From assembly GCA_963722485.1 (NCBI GenBank), contig CAVRNL010000015.1, forward strand, positions 5,759 through 69,758: a DNA stretch of 64,000 nucleotides. Reading direction: 5' to 3'. This DNA is from an uncultured Acidobacteriaceae bacterium (GTDB lineage Bacteria; Acidobacteriota; Terriglobia; Terriglobales; Acidobacteriaceae). A model generated the notes under the pieces. That model saw only the letters and a program-made list of their open reading frames with translations. It was not told where the DNA came from and did no database searches. Positions 23,984-33,041 of the stretch are shown here, one piece after another. The translations under genes were made by a program, and so were the position numbers. Every line of letters begins with the position of its first letter. Within the stretch, counting starts at the first letter, position 1.

Positions 23984-26824
23984 ATGCCTCACGAATTGCC
24001 GAAAGCTTACGAACCGGGCGCGATTGAAGCGCGCTGGGCCGAATATTGGGTCCGGGAAAAACTGTTTCATGTGGAAACGCCGGCGCCGGGAGATTTGTGT
24101 CCCGTATTCACGCTGCTCCTGCCGCCTCCGAATGTGACGGGCCGGCTGCACATGGGGCACATGCTCAACCAGACGCAGATGGACATCATCGTCCGCTGGC
24201 ATCGCATGCGCGGCCATGTGGCACTCTGGCTGCCCGGCACCGACCATGCCGGCATCGCGACGCAGGTGATGGTGGAGCGCCAGCTTGCGAAGGAAGGCAA
24301 GAAGCGGCGCGACTTGGGGCGCGAGAAGTTTATCGAGCGGGTGTGGGAATGGAAGCGGCAGTATGGCGGCGCGATCCTCGACCAGATGAAGCGGCTGGGC
24401 GCGTCGGTGGATTGGGGCCGCGAGTACTTCACCATGGACGACAACCTGTCGCACGCGGTGAAGGAGACGTTCGTGCGGCTGTATGAAGATGGGCTGATCT
24501 ATCGCGGGAAGTACATCGTGAATTGGTGCCCGGACTGCGGGACCGCGATCTCGGACCTCGAGGTGAAGCACGAGGACGTTCCCGGCAAGCTGTATGAGAT
24601 ACGCTACCCGGTGGTGGGAACGGGGCAGAGCCCCGTCACCACACAGACTGGAGAGCAGGAATTTATTACAGTGGCCACGACCCGTCCGGAGACGATGCTG
24701 GGCGACACGGCGGTCGCGGTGAATCCGAAGGATGAGCGTTACATTCATCTGCACGGCAAGTACGTGATGCTGCCGCTGATGAACCGGGAGATTCCAATCA
24801 TCGCCGACGAACTGGCGCAACCCGAATTCGGCACCGGCGCCGTGAAGGTGACGCCGGCGCACGATCCCAACGACTTCGAGGCCGGACTGCGGCACAACCT
24901 GCCGCAGATCGAAGTGATCGATGAGCACGCCAGGATGAATGCGAATGCCGGCCCCTACGCGGGTCTGGACCGCTTTGCCGCGCGCGAGCATGTGGTCGAG
25001 GACCTCTCCGCGCAAGGCTTCCTCGTGGGCACGAAGGATTACACGATTGCGCTTGGCAAGTGCGACCGCTCGGGCACGATTGTCGAGCCGCGGCTCTCAA
25101 CCCAGTGGTTCGTCAAGATTGCGCCACTCGCCAAGCGCGCGATTGAGGTCGTCGAGAAGGGATACATCCGCTTCACCCCGGAAAATTACGGCCAGATTTA
25201 TTTGAACTGGATGCACAACATCCACGACTGGTGCATCTCGCGGCAGTTGTGGTGGGGACACCGGATTCCGGCGTGGTATTGCACGAACAACGGCTGCAAG
25301 AAAGTGGTGGTGGCGCGCGAGGCGCCAACGGCGTGCCCATGCGGCGGCACGAACTTCGAGCAGGACACGGATGTGCTCGACACCTGGTTTTCGTCGGGCC
25401 TTTTGCCGTTCACGACGCTGGGCTGGCCGCAGGCGACGCGCGATCTGGAAGTGTTCTATCCCAATTCCCTGATGATCACCGGCTTTGACATCCTGTTTTT
25501 CTGGGTGGCGCGCATGATCATGCTTGGTTGCTGGTTCATGATGCCGCCGCACAAGCCGAGTAATAATCCCAGGTTAGCGCCCAGAGAGCAGGCGCGAACC
25601 CGGGGCACAGACTCGGAGGACGATGCGTCGCGGGCAAGCGTTCCCTTTCGCGAGGTCTACATTCACGCGCTGGTGCGCGATGCCGACCGGCAGAAGATGT
25701 CGAAGATGAAGGGGAACGTGCTCGATCCGATCGAGGTGATCGGGAAGTACGGGACGGACGCGACGCGCTTCACTCTGGCGTCGATGGCTGCGCCGGGAAC
25801 CGATATCGCGTTCAGCGAAAGCCGCACAGCGGGCTATCGGAATTTTGCCAACAAGATATGGAATGCCGCGCGCTTCATGTTCATGAACGTGGACCGGGTG
25901 GAACCGGGTTTGCGGCCCGCTAGTGTGGACGCGGGCGACTCGCCCGCGCCAGTTGGAGGCATTGCAAGCTTCCGCCTCGACACGCTCGAAGATCGCTGGA
26001 TTCTCTCCCGCTTCAATCGCGCGGCGAAGGACGTGAACGAATCTCTGCAAACGTACCGTTTCGATGAGGCGGCGAATCGCATCTACGATTTCTTCTGGGG
26101 AGAGTTCTGCGATTGGTACATCGAATTGATCAAACCACGCCTTAATTTCGAGGAAGGCGCGGACTCAGGGCCGGCCAAAGTGGCATGTGCCAACCTCGTC
26201 AATTTATTCGAGGCGGCGTTGCGGCTGCTTCATCCCGTGATGCCGTTCATCACGGAAGAAATCTGGCAGGCAATGTATGATGGCCAGCCGCCGCTGAAGT
26301 CGATTGCGCTGGCGGCGTACCCGACAGCGAATAAGGAGCAGATTGATCTTGGCGCCGAGACGGAGATGGCGATTCTGCAGGACCTGATTGTCAGCGTGCG
26401 CAACCTGCGCGCGGAATTGAAAGTCGAGCCCAAGGTCAAAGTGCCGATTGAGGTGTTTGCGCATGAACCGGCAATGCGCATCCTGCTTGAACAGAACCTC
26501 GCGTCCATTGAGCGGTTGGCGGGCGTCGAGAGAGTCGCGTTCGTGGAGGCTTCGCTGGAGAAGGTGGCAGGAGCGCGCAGCACGTCGCGATTCGATGTGC
26601 ATGTTGTATATGAAAAAAAGATCGACGTGGCGGCCGAGCACGAGCGTCTAACGAAGGAGTTAGAGAAAATCGAGAAGGAGATTGCCAACGGGCAACGGCA
26701 GCTTCTGAATGAACAGTTCTTGGCGAAAGCTCCGCCGAAAGTGGTGGAAGGGCTGAAGACGCGTGCGGAAGAACTGAGAGTGCTGCGGGAAAAAACGCTG
26801 GCGAAGTTGAAAGAACTTACGTAG
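23984..26824 (+). CDS. valS: valine--tRNA ligase
   Basis: [12 protein letters not shown] (HIGH), KMSKMKGN (KMSKS), an editing domain and a C-terminal coiled coil. Confidence 0.95.
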   Translation: MPHELPKAYEPGAIEARWAEYWVREKLFHVETPAPGDLCPVFTLLLPPPNVTGRLHMGHMLNQTQMDIIVRWHRMRGHVALWLPGTDHAGIATQVMVERQLAKEGKKRRDLGREKFIERVWEWKRQYGGAILDQMKRLGASVDWGREYFTMDDNLSHAVKETFVRLYEDGLIYRGKYIVNWCPDCGTAISDLEVKHEDVPGKLYEIRYPVVGTGQSPVTTQTGEQEFITVATTRPETMLGDTAVAVNPKDERYIHLHGKYVMLPLMNREIPIIADELAQPEFGTGAVKVTPAHDPNDFEAGLRHNLPQIEVIDEHARMNANAGPYAGLDRFAAREHVVEDLSAQGFLVGTKDYTIALGKCDRSGTIVEPRLSTQWFVKIAPLAKRAIEVVEKGYIRFTPENYGQIYLNWMHNIHDWCISRQLWWGHRIPAWYCTNNGCKKVVVAREAPTACPCGGTNFEQDTDVLDTWFSSGLLPFTTLGWPQATRDLEVFYPNSLMITGFDILFFWVARMIMLGCWFMMPPHKPSNNPRLAPREQARTRGTDSEDDASRASVPFREVYIHALVRDADRQKMSKMKGNVLDPIEVIGKYGTDATRFTLASMAAPGTDIAFSESRTAGYRNFANKIWNAARFMFMNVDRVEPGLRPASVDAGDSPAPVGGIASFRLDTLEDRWILSRFNRAAKDVNESLQTYRFDEAANRIYDFFWGEFCDWYIELIKPRLNFEEGADSGPAKVACANLVNLFEAALRLLHPVMPFITEEIWQAMYDGQPPLKSIALAAYPTANKEQIDLGAETEMAILQDLIVSVRNLRAELKVEPKVKVPIEVFAHEPAMRILLEQNLASIERLAGVERVAFVEASLEKVAGARSTSRFDVHVVYEKKIDVAAEHERLTKELEKIEKEIANGQRQLLNEQFLAKAPPKVVEGLKTRAEELRVLREKTLAKLKELT
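25568..25608 (-). repeat. REP, GTGCCCCA-head family, in-frame inside valS
   Basis: The minus strand reads GTGCCCCGGGTTCGCGCC-TGCTCTCT-GGGCGCTAACCTGGG. Its arms are nearly identical to the intergenic copy at 57891-57932. Confidence 0.75.
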
Positions 26825-26945
26825 GGACGGCCGCCCTCGACCGTCCGGTCGAGTGAAGTTCGACGCATCATCGCGACTGCGGCTCTGCGAGCCGCTGGGC
26901 AGGTGAGGGCACCCGCCCCTACGCAAACATCGATTCGCGCAAGCC

Positions 26946-27821
26946 ATGGACTGGAATTCACGACGCATCACCGCAATTATCGAGAACGCGCTGAACGAAG
27001 ATCGAGCGACGAGCGACGCCACCAGCTACGCCTGCATCGATCCCAACCAGCGCGCTTCGGCGACGATTGTCGCCAAGCAGGAGTGCATTCTGGCCGGCCT
27101 CGGATGTGTGCCGCGGATTCTCGACGTCTATGCGGCGCTTGACGGAGCGGTCACTTCGCATTACGAAGTGACCAGCCATCCTTCGATTTTCGACGGCATC
27201 CGCCTGCGTCCGGGGCAGCAGATCGCGGTCATCCAGCATAACGCGCGGGTGCTTCTGTCGTGCGAGCGCGTGATCCTGAATTTTCTGCAGCGCATGGCCG
27301 GAATCGCGACCACCACTCGCAAGTTTGTGGATGCGGTCGAAGGCACGCGCGTGCGCATTCTCGATACCCGCAAGACGGCGCCAGGCCTGCGCGTGATCGA
27401 CAAGTACGCGGTGCGCTGCGGCGGCGGGCAGAATCACCGGCTCGATCTCTCCGACGGCGTGTTGATCAAGGGCAATCACATTGTGCTGGCCGGCGGCGCG
27501 ATTCCGGCGCTGCAGCATGCCATCCACAATCGGCGCGGCCGGCAGCCGGTCGAGATTGAAGTGCGGTCGCTCGAGGAACTGCAGCTGGCGCTCGAAAACG
27601 GGGCCGAGGCGATCCTGTTCGACCATGTAAGCGTTGAGGATGTGCGCAAAGGAGTCGAGATCTGTTCGCGCCACACGCGCCGCATTCCGCTGGAGTGCGC
27701 CGGCGGAATCAATCTGGAAAACGTGCGCTCGTATGCGGAGACGGGAGTCGATTTCATTTCCGTCGGGGCGCTGACGCATTCCTCGACGGTGGATATGAGT
27801 TTGCGGGTGACGCCGGCGTAG
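26946..27821 (+). CDS. nadC: nicotinate-nucleotide diphosphorylase (carboxylating)
   Basis: ILDTRKTAPGLR, IKGNH, and GGINLENVRSYAETGVDFISVGALTHS. Confidence 0.9.
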   Translation: MDWNSRRITAIIENALNEDRATSDATSYACIDPNQRASATIVAKQECILAGLGCVPRILDVYAALDGAVTSHYEVTSHPSIFDGIRLRPGQQIAVIQHNARVLLSCERVILNFLQRMAGIATTTRKFVDAVEGTRVRILDTRKTAPGLRVIDKYAVRCGGGQNHRLDLSDGVLIKGNHIVLAGGAIPALQHAIHNRRGRQPVEIEVRSLEELQLALENGAEAILFDHVSVEDVRKGVEICSRHTRRIPLECAGGINLENVRSYAETGVDFISVGALTHSSTVDMSLRVTPA

Positions 27822-27827
27822 ACCCCT

Positions 27828-27916
27828 GTCGTTGGTCGTTCGTCGCTGGTCGTTCGCTGGGCTGAATCATTCGGGAATTCGATTTGGCCAACGACTAACG
27901 ACGAACGACCAGCGAC
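27828..27916. repeat. hairpin with tandem-heptamer arms, GTCGTTS family
   Basis: GTCGTTGGTCGTTCGTCGCTGGTCGTTCG pairs with CGACTAACGACGAACGACCAGCGAC (about 25 of 28). It starts 7 nt after the nadC stop. Confidence 0.8.
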
Positions 27917-27959
27917 TGTTTATAATCCCTCCATCTCTACTTCCACCAAAACTCGCAGC

Positions 27960-28973
27960 TTGCCGTCCGTGCACAAAGCGACAGACGCTCGTTTGGGCCG
28001 CATCGTCCGCCTGCTCATGGACCACGCCACCGTCGTCGTCAGCGGCACCAAGATTGCCGAAGAGATCGGCACCAGCCGGTCGGAAGTCTGGCGGCTGATT
28101 CAGCAACTGCGCGGCCTGGGCGTGGATGTTGCCGGACATCCGGCGACCGGCTATCAGCTGCGCGCGGTCCCAGACTTGCTGCTGCCGGAAATGTTAGCGC
28201 CGCTGTTGAGGGGCACGATCTTCGGCGATGCCAAGCAGATCCATCACTATTACAAGATCGGCTCGACCAATTCGGAGGCCATGCAATCCGCGGCGGAAGG
28301 CGCGCCCGAGGGCAGCGTGTTTCTTGCCGAAGAACAACTGGCTGGGCGCGGACGCGGCGCGCACGGCTGGCATTCGGCGCGGTCGACGGGAGTTTACTGT
28401 TCGGTGATCCTGCGTCCAGCGATGCCGCCGTCGGATGCGCTGATTTTTTCGTTGGCTGCGGGGCTCGCGGTGCGCGCGGCGGTGGTGGAGATTGCGCCGC
28501 AGCTTTTGGTGGACCTGAAATGGCCGAACGACCTGCTGCTTGGCGGCAAGAAGTTCTGCGGCATTCTCACGGAGATGAATGCCGAGGTAACGCGAGTGCG
28601 CCACCTGGTTGTGGGCGCGGGCATCAATGTGAACCAGGTCAAGTTTCCGGCTGAGCTGCGCGAGATTGCGACGTCGTTGCGCATCGAAACAGGCACGGAG
28701 TGGTCGCGCGTGGAGCTCTGCGCCGCTTTGCTAAAATCGCTCGACCGCGAGTATCGAAGTTTGGTGGAGGATGCGGGAGCGCGAGATGCAATCCTTCGCC
28801 GGTTCGAGGAGAATTCTTCGTCGGTGCGCGGCAGAAAAGTTTCCATCGGCGATGATGGCAACTTGGCCGGTGTTACCGAAGGGTTGGATGAGCGTGGATT
28901 TTTGCGCATAAGGACCGCGGAAGGGTTGCGAACGGTGGTGAGTGGAACGGTGAGGACTATTGAGAATTTGTAA
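27960..28973 (+). CDS. birA: bifunctional biotin--protein ligase / biotin operon repressor
   Basis: N-terminal HTH region, GRGRGAHGWHS, and KWPNDLLLGGKKFCGIL. Confidence 0.9.
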   Translation: MPSVHKATDARLGRIVRLLMDHATVVVSGTKIAEEIGTSRSEVWRLIQQLRGLGVDVAGHPATGYQLRAVPDLLLPEMLAPLLRGTIFGDAKQIHHYYKIGSTNSEAMQSAAEGAPEGSVFLAEEQLAGRGRGAHGWHSARSTGVYCSVILRPAMPPSDALIFSLAAGLAVRAAVVEIAPQLLVDLKWPNDLLLGGKKFCGILTEMNAEVTRVRHLVVGAGINVNQVKFPAELREIATSLRIETGTEWSRVELCAALLKSLDREYRSLVEDAGARDAILRRFEENSSSVRGRKVSIGDDGNLAGVTEGLDERGFLRIRTAEGLRTVVSGTVRTIENL

Positions 28974-29050
28974 TTGGCAATTGGTAATTTGTAATTGGAA
29001 AGGCCGCTGCGCCTAGATCACAAATCACCAATTACAAATTACCAATTACA
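28967..29050. repeat. hairpin with tandem-heptamer arms, TAATTGG family, copy 1
   Basis: TTTGTAATTGGCAATTGGTAATTTGTAATTGG pairs with CCAATTACAAATTACCAATTACA. It fills the birA-coaX gap and contains the birA stop codon. Confidence 0.85.
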
Positions 29051-29053
29051 CAT

Positions 29054-29908
29054 ATGCTTCTCGTCATCGATGTCGGAAACACGAATACGGTGCTCGGCGT
29101 TTTTGAGCGGCTGGCGCACCTTGCGGGCGGGGACGTGACCACGGACGCGCCTCGTTATGAGCGGCTGGTTGCGAACTGGCGCGTCGGCTCCCACCTGACC
29201 CGCACCGTCGACGAATACGGAGTGATCTTCCGCAACCTTTTCTCGATGGACAACCTGGAAGTTTCTGGCGTGCACGGGATCGTAGTTTCGTCGGTGGTGC
29301 CGCCGCTCGATCCCGTGCTGCGGCAGGTGTGCGAGCGCTATTTCAATACCAAGCCGCTGTTCATTGAGCTTGGCGTGAAGACAGGCATGCCGGTGCTGTA
29401 CGACAATCCCGCGGAAGTGGGCGCGGACCGGATCGTGAATGCGGTGGCGGCGTTTGAGAAATTTGGCGGCCCCTGCGTGATTGTCGACTTCGGCACGGCA
29501 ACGACCTTCGATTGTGTTTCGAAGAAGGGCGAGTACCTGGGCGGCGTGATTTGTCCGGGCATTGGAATTTCGGCGGACGCGCTCTTTCAGCGCACCGCCC
29601 GGCTGCCGCGAGTGGAGATTCGCAAGCCCGCCCGGGTGATTGGTTCGAACACGGTCGGCAGTTTGCAATCCGGGCTTTACTACGGCTATCTGGGCTTGCT
29701 CGACGGCGTCCTGGAACGGCTGGTGGATGAACTGGGCGCGGAAACCCGCGTGGTTGCGACCGGCGGACTGGCGTCGCTTTTTGGCACCGCTTCGCACTTC
29801 ATTAAAGATGTGGACGAGTTCTTGACCCTCGAAGGGTTGCGCATCATCTGGGATCGGAACCAGTCCTACCGCCGCGAAGCCGCGCCGAAAGCTTCTAGAA
29901 CGAGGTGA
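29054..29908 (+). CDS. coaX: type III pantothenate kinase
   Basis: MLLVIDVGNTNTVLGVF, VDFGTATTFD, and ATGGLA. Confidence 0.9.
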   Translation: MLLVIDVGNTNTVLGVFERLAHLAGGDVTTDAPRYERLVANWRVGSHLTRTVDEYGVIFRNLFSMDNLEVSGVHGIVVSSVVPPLDPVLRQVCERYFNTKPLFIELGVKTGMPVLYDNPAEVGADRIVNAVAAFEKFGGPCVIVDFGTATTFDCVSKKGEYLGGVICPGIGISADALFQRTARLPRVEIRKPARVIGSNTVGSLQSGLYYGYLGLLDGVLERLVDELGAETRVVATGGLASLFGTASHFIKDVDEFLTLEGLRIIWDRNQSYRREAAPKASRTR

Positions 29909-29913
29909 GAAAT

Positions 29914-29985
29914 CAGAGGTCAGATTGCAGAGGTGAAACCCTGGGTTCTAACCTCTGCAATCTGACCTCTGACCTTTGACCTCTG
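29914..29985. repeat. hairpin with tandem-heptamer arms, CAGAGGT family, copy 2
   Basis: CAGAGGTCAGATTGCAGAGGT pairs perfectly (21 bp) with ACCTCTGCAATCTGACCTCTG around a 16-nt loop. It starts 6 nt after the coaX stop. Confidence 0.85.
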
Positions 29986-29997
29986 TACAAACCTGTC

Positions 29998-30708
29998 GTG
30001 GAAAATTACTTCAACTACTTCACGGAAATCGAAGAGCACTATCTGCGGCGACGAGGCACTCATCTGCTGCTGTCAACTCTGGATTGGGCCCTCATTGAGA
30101 CCTGGAAAAGCGCGGGCGTGCCGCTGGAGGCCGTGCTCCGCGGGATCGATGATGCGTTCGACAAGTACGATCAGCGTCCCTCGAAATCGAAGAAGGTGAA
30201 TAGCCTGGCGTACTGTTCGCAGGCCGTACTGGCTGCGGCCGAAGATATGAAGGAAGCGGCGGTGGGTGCGGCCAGCGAAGAAAAAACTCAACGCGATCCC
30301 GGATTCGAAGCGGCGCAGATTGCAGCGTTTCTGCGAGAAAATGCCGGCAAGCTCGAGAAAGCGAAGCCGCCCGAGCGCGCGGGATTCGCGACCGCAGCGC
30401 TGGCACGGGAAGAAGCGGCCTCGCTGCGTGAGATGGCCGAGGCCATCGAGAGCAGCGGGAAGCTGCCGCGCCTGGAAGATTTGGAGCGGCGACTGACCGT
30501 GCTGGAGGAAAAGCTGTTCGCGGTGCTGATGGCCGCCACCCCGGATGAAGATCTGGTGAATGTTCGCGCGGAAGCCGATCGGGATCTTGCTCCCTACCGC
30601 CGCAAAATGACGGCAGCGCAAGTTGAACCGCTGCACAAGCAGTACATACATAAGCGGCTGCTGGAGCGCTGTGGAGTACCGCGGCTGAGCTTGTTCTATA
30701 TGCACTGA
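29998..30708 (+). CDS. conserved-looking hypothetical protein
   Basis: 236-aa ORF, helical (FTEIEEHYLRRRGTHLLLSTLDWALIETWK). No family recognised. Confidence 0.55.
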   Translation: MENYFNYFTEIEEHYLRRRGTHLLLSTLDWALIETWKSAGVPLEAVLRGIDDAFDKYDQRPSKSKKVNSLAYCSQAVLAAAEDMKEAAVGAASEEKTQRDPGFEAAQIAAFLRENAGKLEKAKPPERAGFATAALAREEAASLREMAEAIESSGKLPRLEDLERRLTVLEEKLFAVLMAATPDEDLVNVRAEADRDLAPYRRKMTAAQVEPLHKQYIHKRLLERCGVPRLSLFYMH

Positions 30709-30744
30709 TGTGGTGTTTCGGATGTTAGGAACATAAATTGGCGC

Positions 30745-30827
30745 TGTCATCCTGAGCGAAGCGAAGGACCTATGCATTCCAGCGCCGCGAGCAAATGCAT
30801 AGGTCTTTCGCTTCGCTCAAGATGACA
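30745..30827. repeat. long palindrome, TGTCATCCTGAGCGAAGCGAAGGACC family, copy 1
   Basis: 34-nt arms with 3 mismatches and a 15-nt loop. Confidence 0.85.
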
Positions 30828-30888
30828 AGACATACCCAGCAAATTCGCGGGCCAAGACACAGAGAGCCCGTGCTAGACGGAAACGTAC

Positions 30889-32283
30889 TTGCTGCTTTCC
30901 ATAGAAAAACTGATCTACGGCGGTGACGGCCTAGCCCGCACGCCAGCCGGCGCGGACGGACGCAGCATGGCGGTGTTTGTGCCGTTTGTGCTGCCGGGTG
31001 AAAAAGTCGAGGCCGAGATACGGCAAGAGAAGCCTGGCTTCGCGCGCGGCTCGGTCACGCAGCTGACCGAAGCGTCGTCCGATCGCATCGAAGCACGCTG
31101 CCCGTACTTCCGCCAATGCGGCGGATGCCATTACCAGCACATCCCTTACGACCGGCAAATCGATTTCAAGGCCGCGATTCTGCGCGAGACGTTGCAGCGG
31201 ATCGCGAAGATCGAGCTGCAATTCGACCTTCGCCTGCATGTCTCTCCTCCCTGGCACTACCGCAATCGCACGCGCCTGCAGGTGCGAACTGCACCGGAGT
31301 TTCCACCCCAGCCTGCGAAAAGCGCACGGTCTGGGGACCCCGGATTTCCACCCCAGCCCGCGAAAAGCGCGCGGTCTGGGGACCCCGGGTTTGCGCTGGG
31401 ATACTTCCGCGTTGGCTCGCACGAATTTCTGCCGGTGCGCGAGTGTCCCATCAGCTCGCCGCTGCTCAATCGCGTGATGGCGCGTCTGCTTGAGCTCGGC
31501 GGATTGAATTGCCCGTCGGCAGTGGAAGAGATTGAACTGTTCGTGGACGCCGCCGATGAGCGTTTGCTCGCCTGGGCATTCTGCGAGCGCGAGGCTGACA
31601 GGAGAGATCTGCTGCGCTGGGCGGAGGCGCTTGGGCGCGAGTTGCCGGAAATCAGCGGCATGACGTTTTTCTCTTCTCGGCGAAGAACAGAAGACGATGA
31701 CGCGCCCATGGACTCGAAAACCATCGCGCAATCCGGCATGAAGGCACTTCGCTATCGCACGAAGCACGCGGAGTTCCAAGTCAGCGCGGGAGCCTTTTTC
31801 CAGGTGAACCGTCATCTGATCGACGACCTGGTTTCGGTCGTGACCGGCAATGCCAGCGGCGAAGTCGCACTCGACTTGTACGCGGGGGTGGGATTGTTTT
31901 CGGCCACGCTGGCGCAAAACTTTCATCACATATTTGGTGTAGAGGCGTCACAGACATCGTATGGCGACTTCGTGCAGAATGTCCCTGCGAACGTGAAAGC
32001 GGCCGGGGCGCGAACCGAGGATTACCTGAGAAACCGGCCGGTGCGAAAAAGGCCTGACCTGGTCGTCCTGGACCCTCCCCGCACCGGGGCCGGCAAGGCG
32101 GTTATTCGCTCTCTGGTGGAACTCGGAGCGCCCCGTGTCCGATATGTTTCGTGCGATCCGGCGACGCTGGCCAGGGATGTCGCCCCCCTGCTGGCGGCTG
32201 GATACCACATCGAGGAAGCACACTTATTCGATCTCTTTCCGGAGACGTTCCACATCGAATCGGTGATGCTGCTGGCGCGCTGA
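30889..32283 (+). CDS. rlmD: 23S rRNA (uracil-5)-methyltransferase RlmD/RumA-like
   Basis: TRAM-like N-terminus, Fe-S cysteines CPYFRQCGGCHYQH, SAM-binding region LDLYAGVGLF, and catalytic region VSCDPATLARD. Confidence 0.85.
   Translation: MLLSIEKLIYGGDGLARTPAGADGRSMAVFVPFVLPGEKVEAEIRQEKPGFARGSVTQLTEASSDRIEARCPYFRQCGGCHYQHIPYDRQIDFKAAILRETLQRIAKIELQFDLRLHVSPPWHYRNRTRLQVRTAPEFPPQPAKSARSGDPGFPPQPAKSARSGDPGFALGYFRVGSHEFLPVRECPISSPLLNRVMARLLELGGLNCPSAVEEIELFVDAADERLLAWAFCEREADRRDLLRWAEALGRELPEISGMTFFSSRRRTEDDDAPMDSKTIAQSGMKALRYRTKHAEFQVSAGAFFQVNRHLIDDLVSVVTGNASGEVALDLYAGVGLFSATLAQNFHHIFGVEASQTSYGDFVQNVPANVKAAGARTEDYLRNRPVRKRPDLVVLDPPRTGAGKAVIRSLVELGAPRVRYVSCDPATLARDVAPLLAAGYHIEEAHLFDLFPETFHIESVMLLAR
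31300..31389 (+). repeat. two tandem 45-bp REP-like units, in-frame in rlmD-like gene
   Basis: TTTCCACCCCAGCCTGCGAAAAGCGCACGGTCTGGGGACCCCGGA occurs twice with 3 differences. Each unit is an imperfect palindrome (CCCCAG...CTGGGG) and encodes FPPQPAKSARSGDPG. Confidence 0.85.
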
Positions 32284-32452
32284 CCGCTTTCACGTCGCCC
32301 AGTTCCTCCTGGAAGACGGGTGGGTTGGCCGAGGGCCTTGGCGCCAGCGACATGCGCGCCGGGGCCCACTCGTCCTGCTGCCAAAGCGAAGCTTGGGAGT
32401 ATCCATTTTTTCGGGTAAACATCCTAAAAAATTGCACTTTTGCGGGAAAGTG

Positions 32453-32959
32453 ATGAAACTTATGAGGTCAATTTCGATGTGGATTATTGTTCTCCTGATG
32501 GCTCTCTCTATCGGGTGCAGTTCCGGCAAGTCAAACACATCCATCCCCGGTAGCTGGTCTATCGTTACAACGGAATCCGAGGGGAGCAACAACACTTTGC
32601 AAGTCTCCCTAGTCTCCAGCGCGTGCAGCGTGTCAACTCCGGTTGGCACCTTCACGGTTCAGGGACCGTCCTGCTTTATCGCCGACGACAACACAGGGCA
32701 GGGCACAATCTCTGGGACGGGCAATTTCTTCTACCCCCCACAGGGACTCTTAGCGGGCGTTCCGTACAACCCAATTCCAGGCAATGGGTCGGCAACAGTG
32801 GATTTACTCTTTGTTGAAGCTGATCAATTCGGCGCTATTGCTGTGGCCAATGGCATCGGCACACTAACTAACGGAACAATCACGGGTACATGGACGTGCA
32901 ATCCCGACACTCCCATTTGTACAGGGTTGAGCGGCACGTTCTCTGGCACCAAGCAATAA
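32453..32959 (+). CDS. hypothetical lipoprotein
   Basis: MKLMRSISMWIIVLLMALSIGCSSG has a lipobox. The region is lower in GC. Confidence 0.55.
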   Translation: MKLMRSISMWIIVLLMALSIGCSSGKSNTSIPGSWSIVTTESEGSNNTLQVSLVSSACSVSTPVGTFTVQGPSCFIADDNTGQGTISGTGNFFYPPQGLLAGVPYNPIPGNGSATVDLLFVEADQFGAIAVANGIGTLTNGTITGTWTCNPDTPICTGLSGTFSGTKQ

Positions 32960-33041
32960 CGAACCATGCCCCGCGATAAGGGAAGGGCACGAACGAAGTC
33001 GTACCCTTTCCTTTTTAGCAGCGACCTCATCGGGCTAAAAG

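Noticed and set aside
23954-25015. 353-aa minus-strand ORF, plus the similar long antisense ORFs at 3420-4724, 17489-18487, 19171-20166, 30931-31929, 34365-35363, 47307-48227, 50009-51871, 55773-56897 and 59819-60979
   Set aside because: Each lies opposite a gene with strong recognisable motifs (valS, aroDE, bamD, the response regulator, rlmD, comEC, the dsbA-like gene, lptD, relA, hpnH). All have Arg/Gly/His-rich low-information sequence.
31300-31389. CRISPR array (also considered for 20210-20299, 38241-38300, 52055-52114 and 33497-33618)
   Set aside because: The units are directly adjacent with no unique spacers, the periods are 8-45 bp, they lie inside ORFs, and no cas genes are present.
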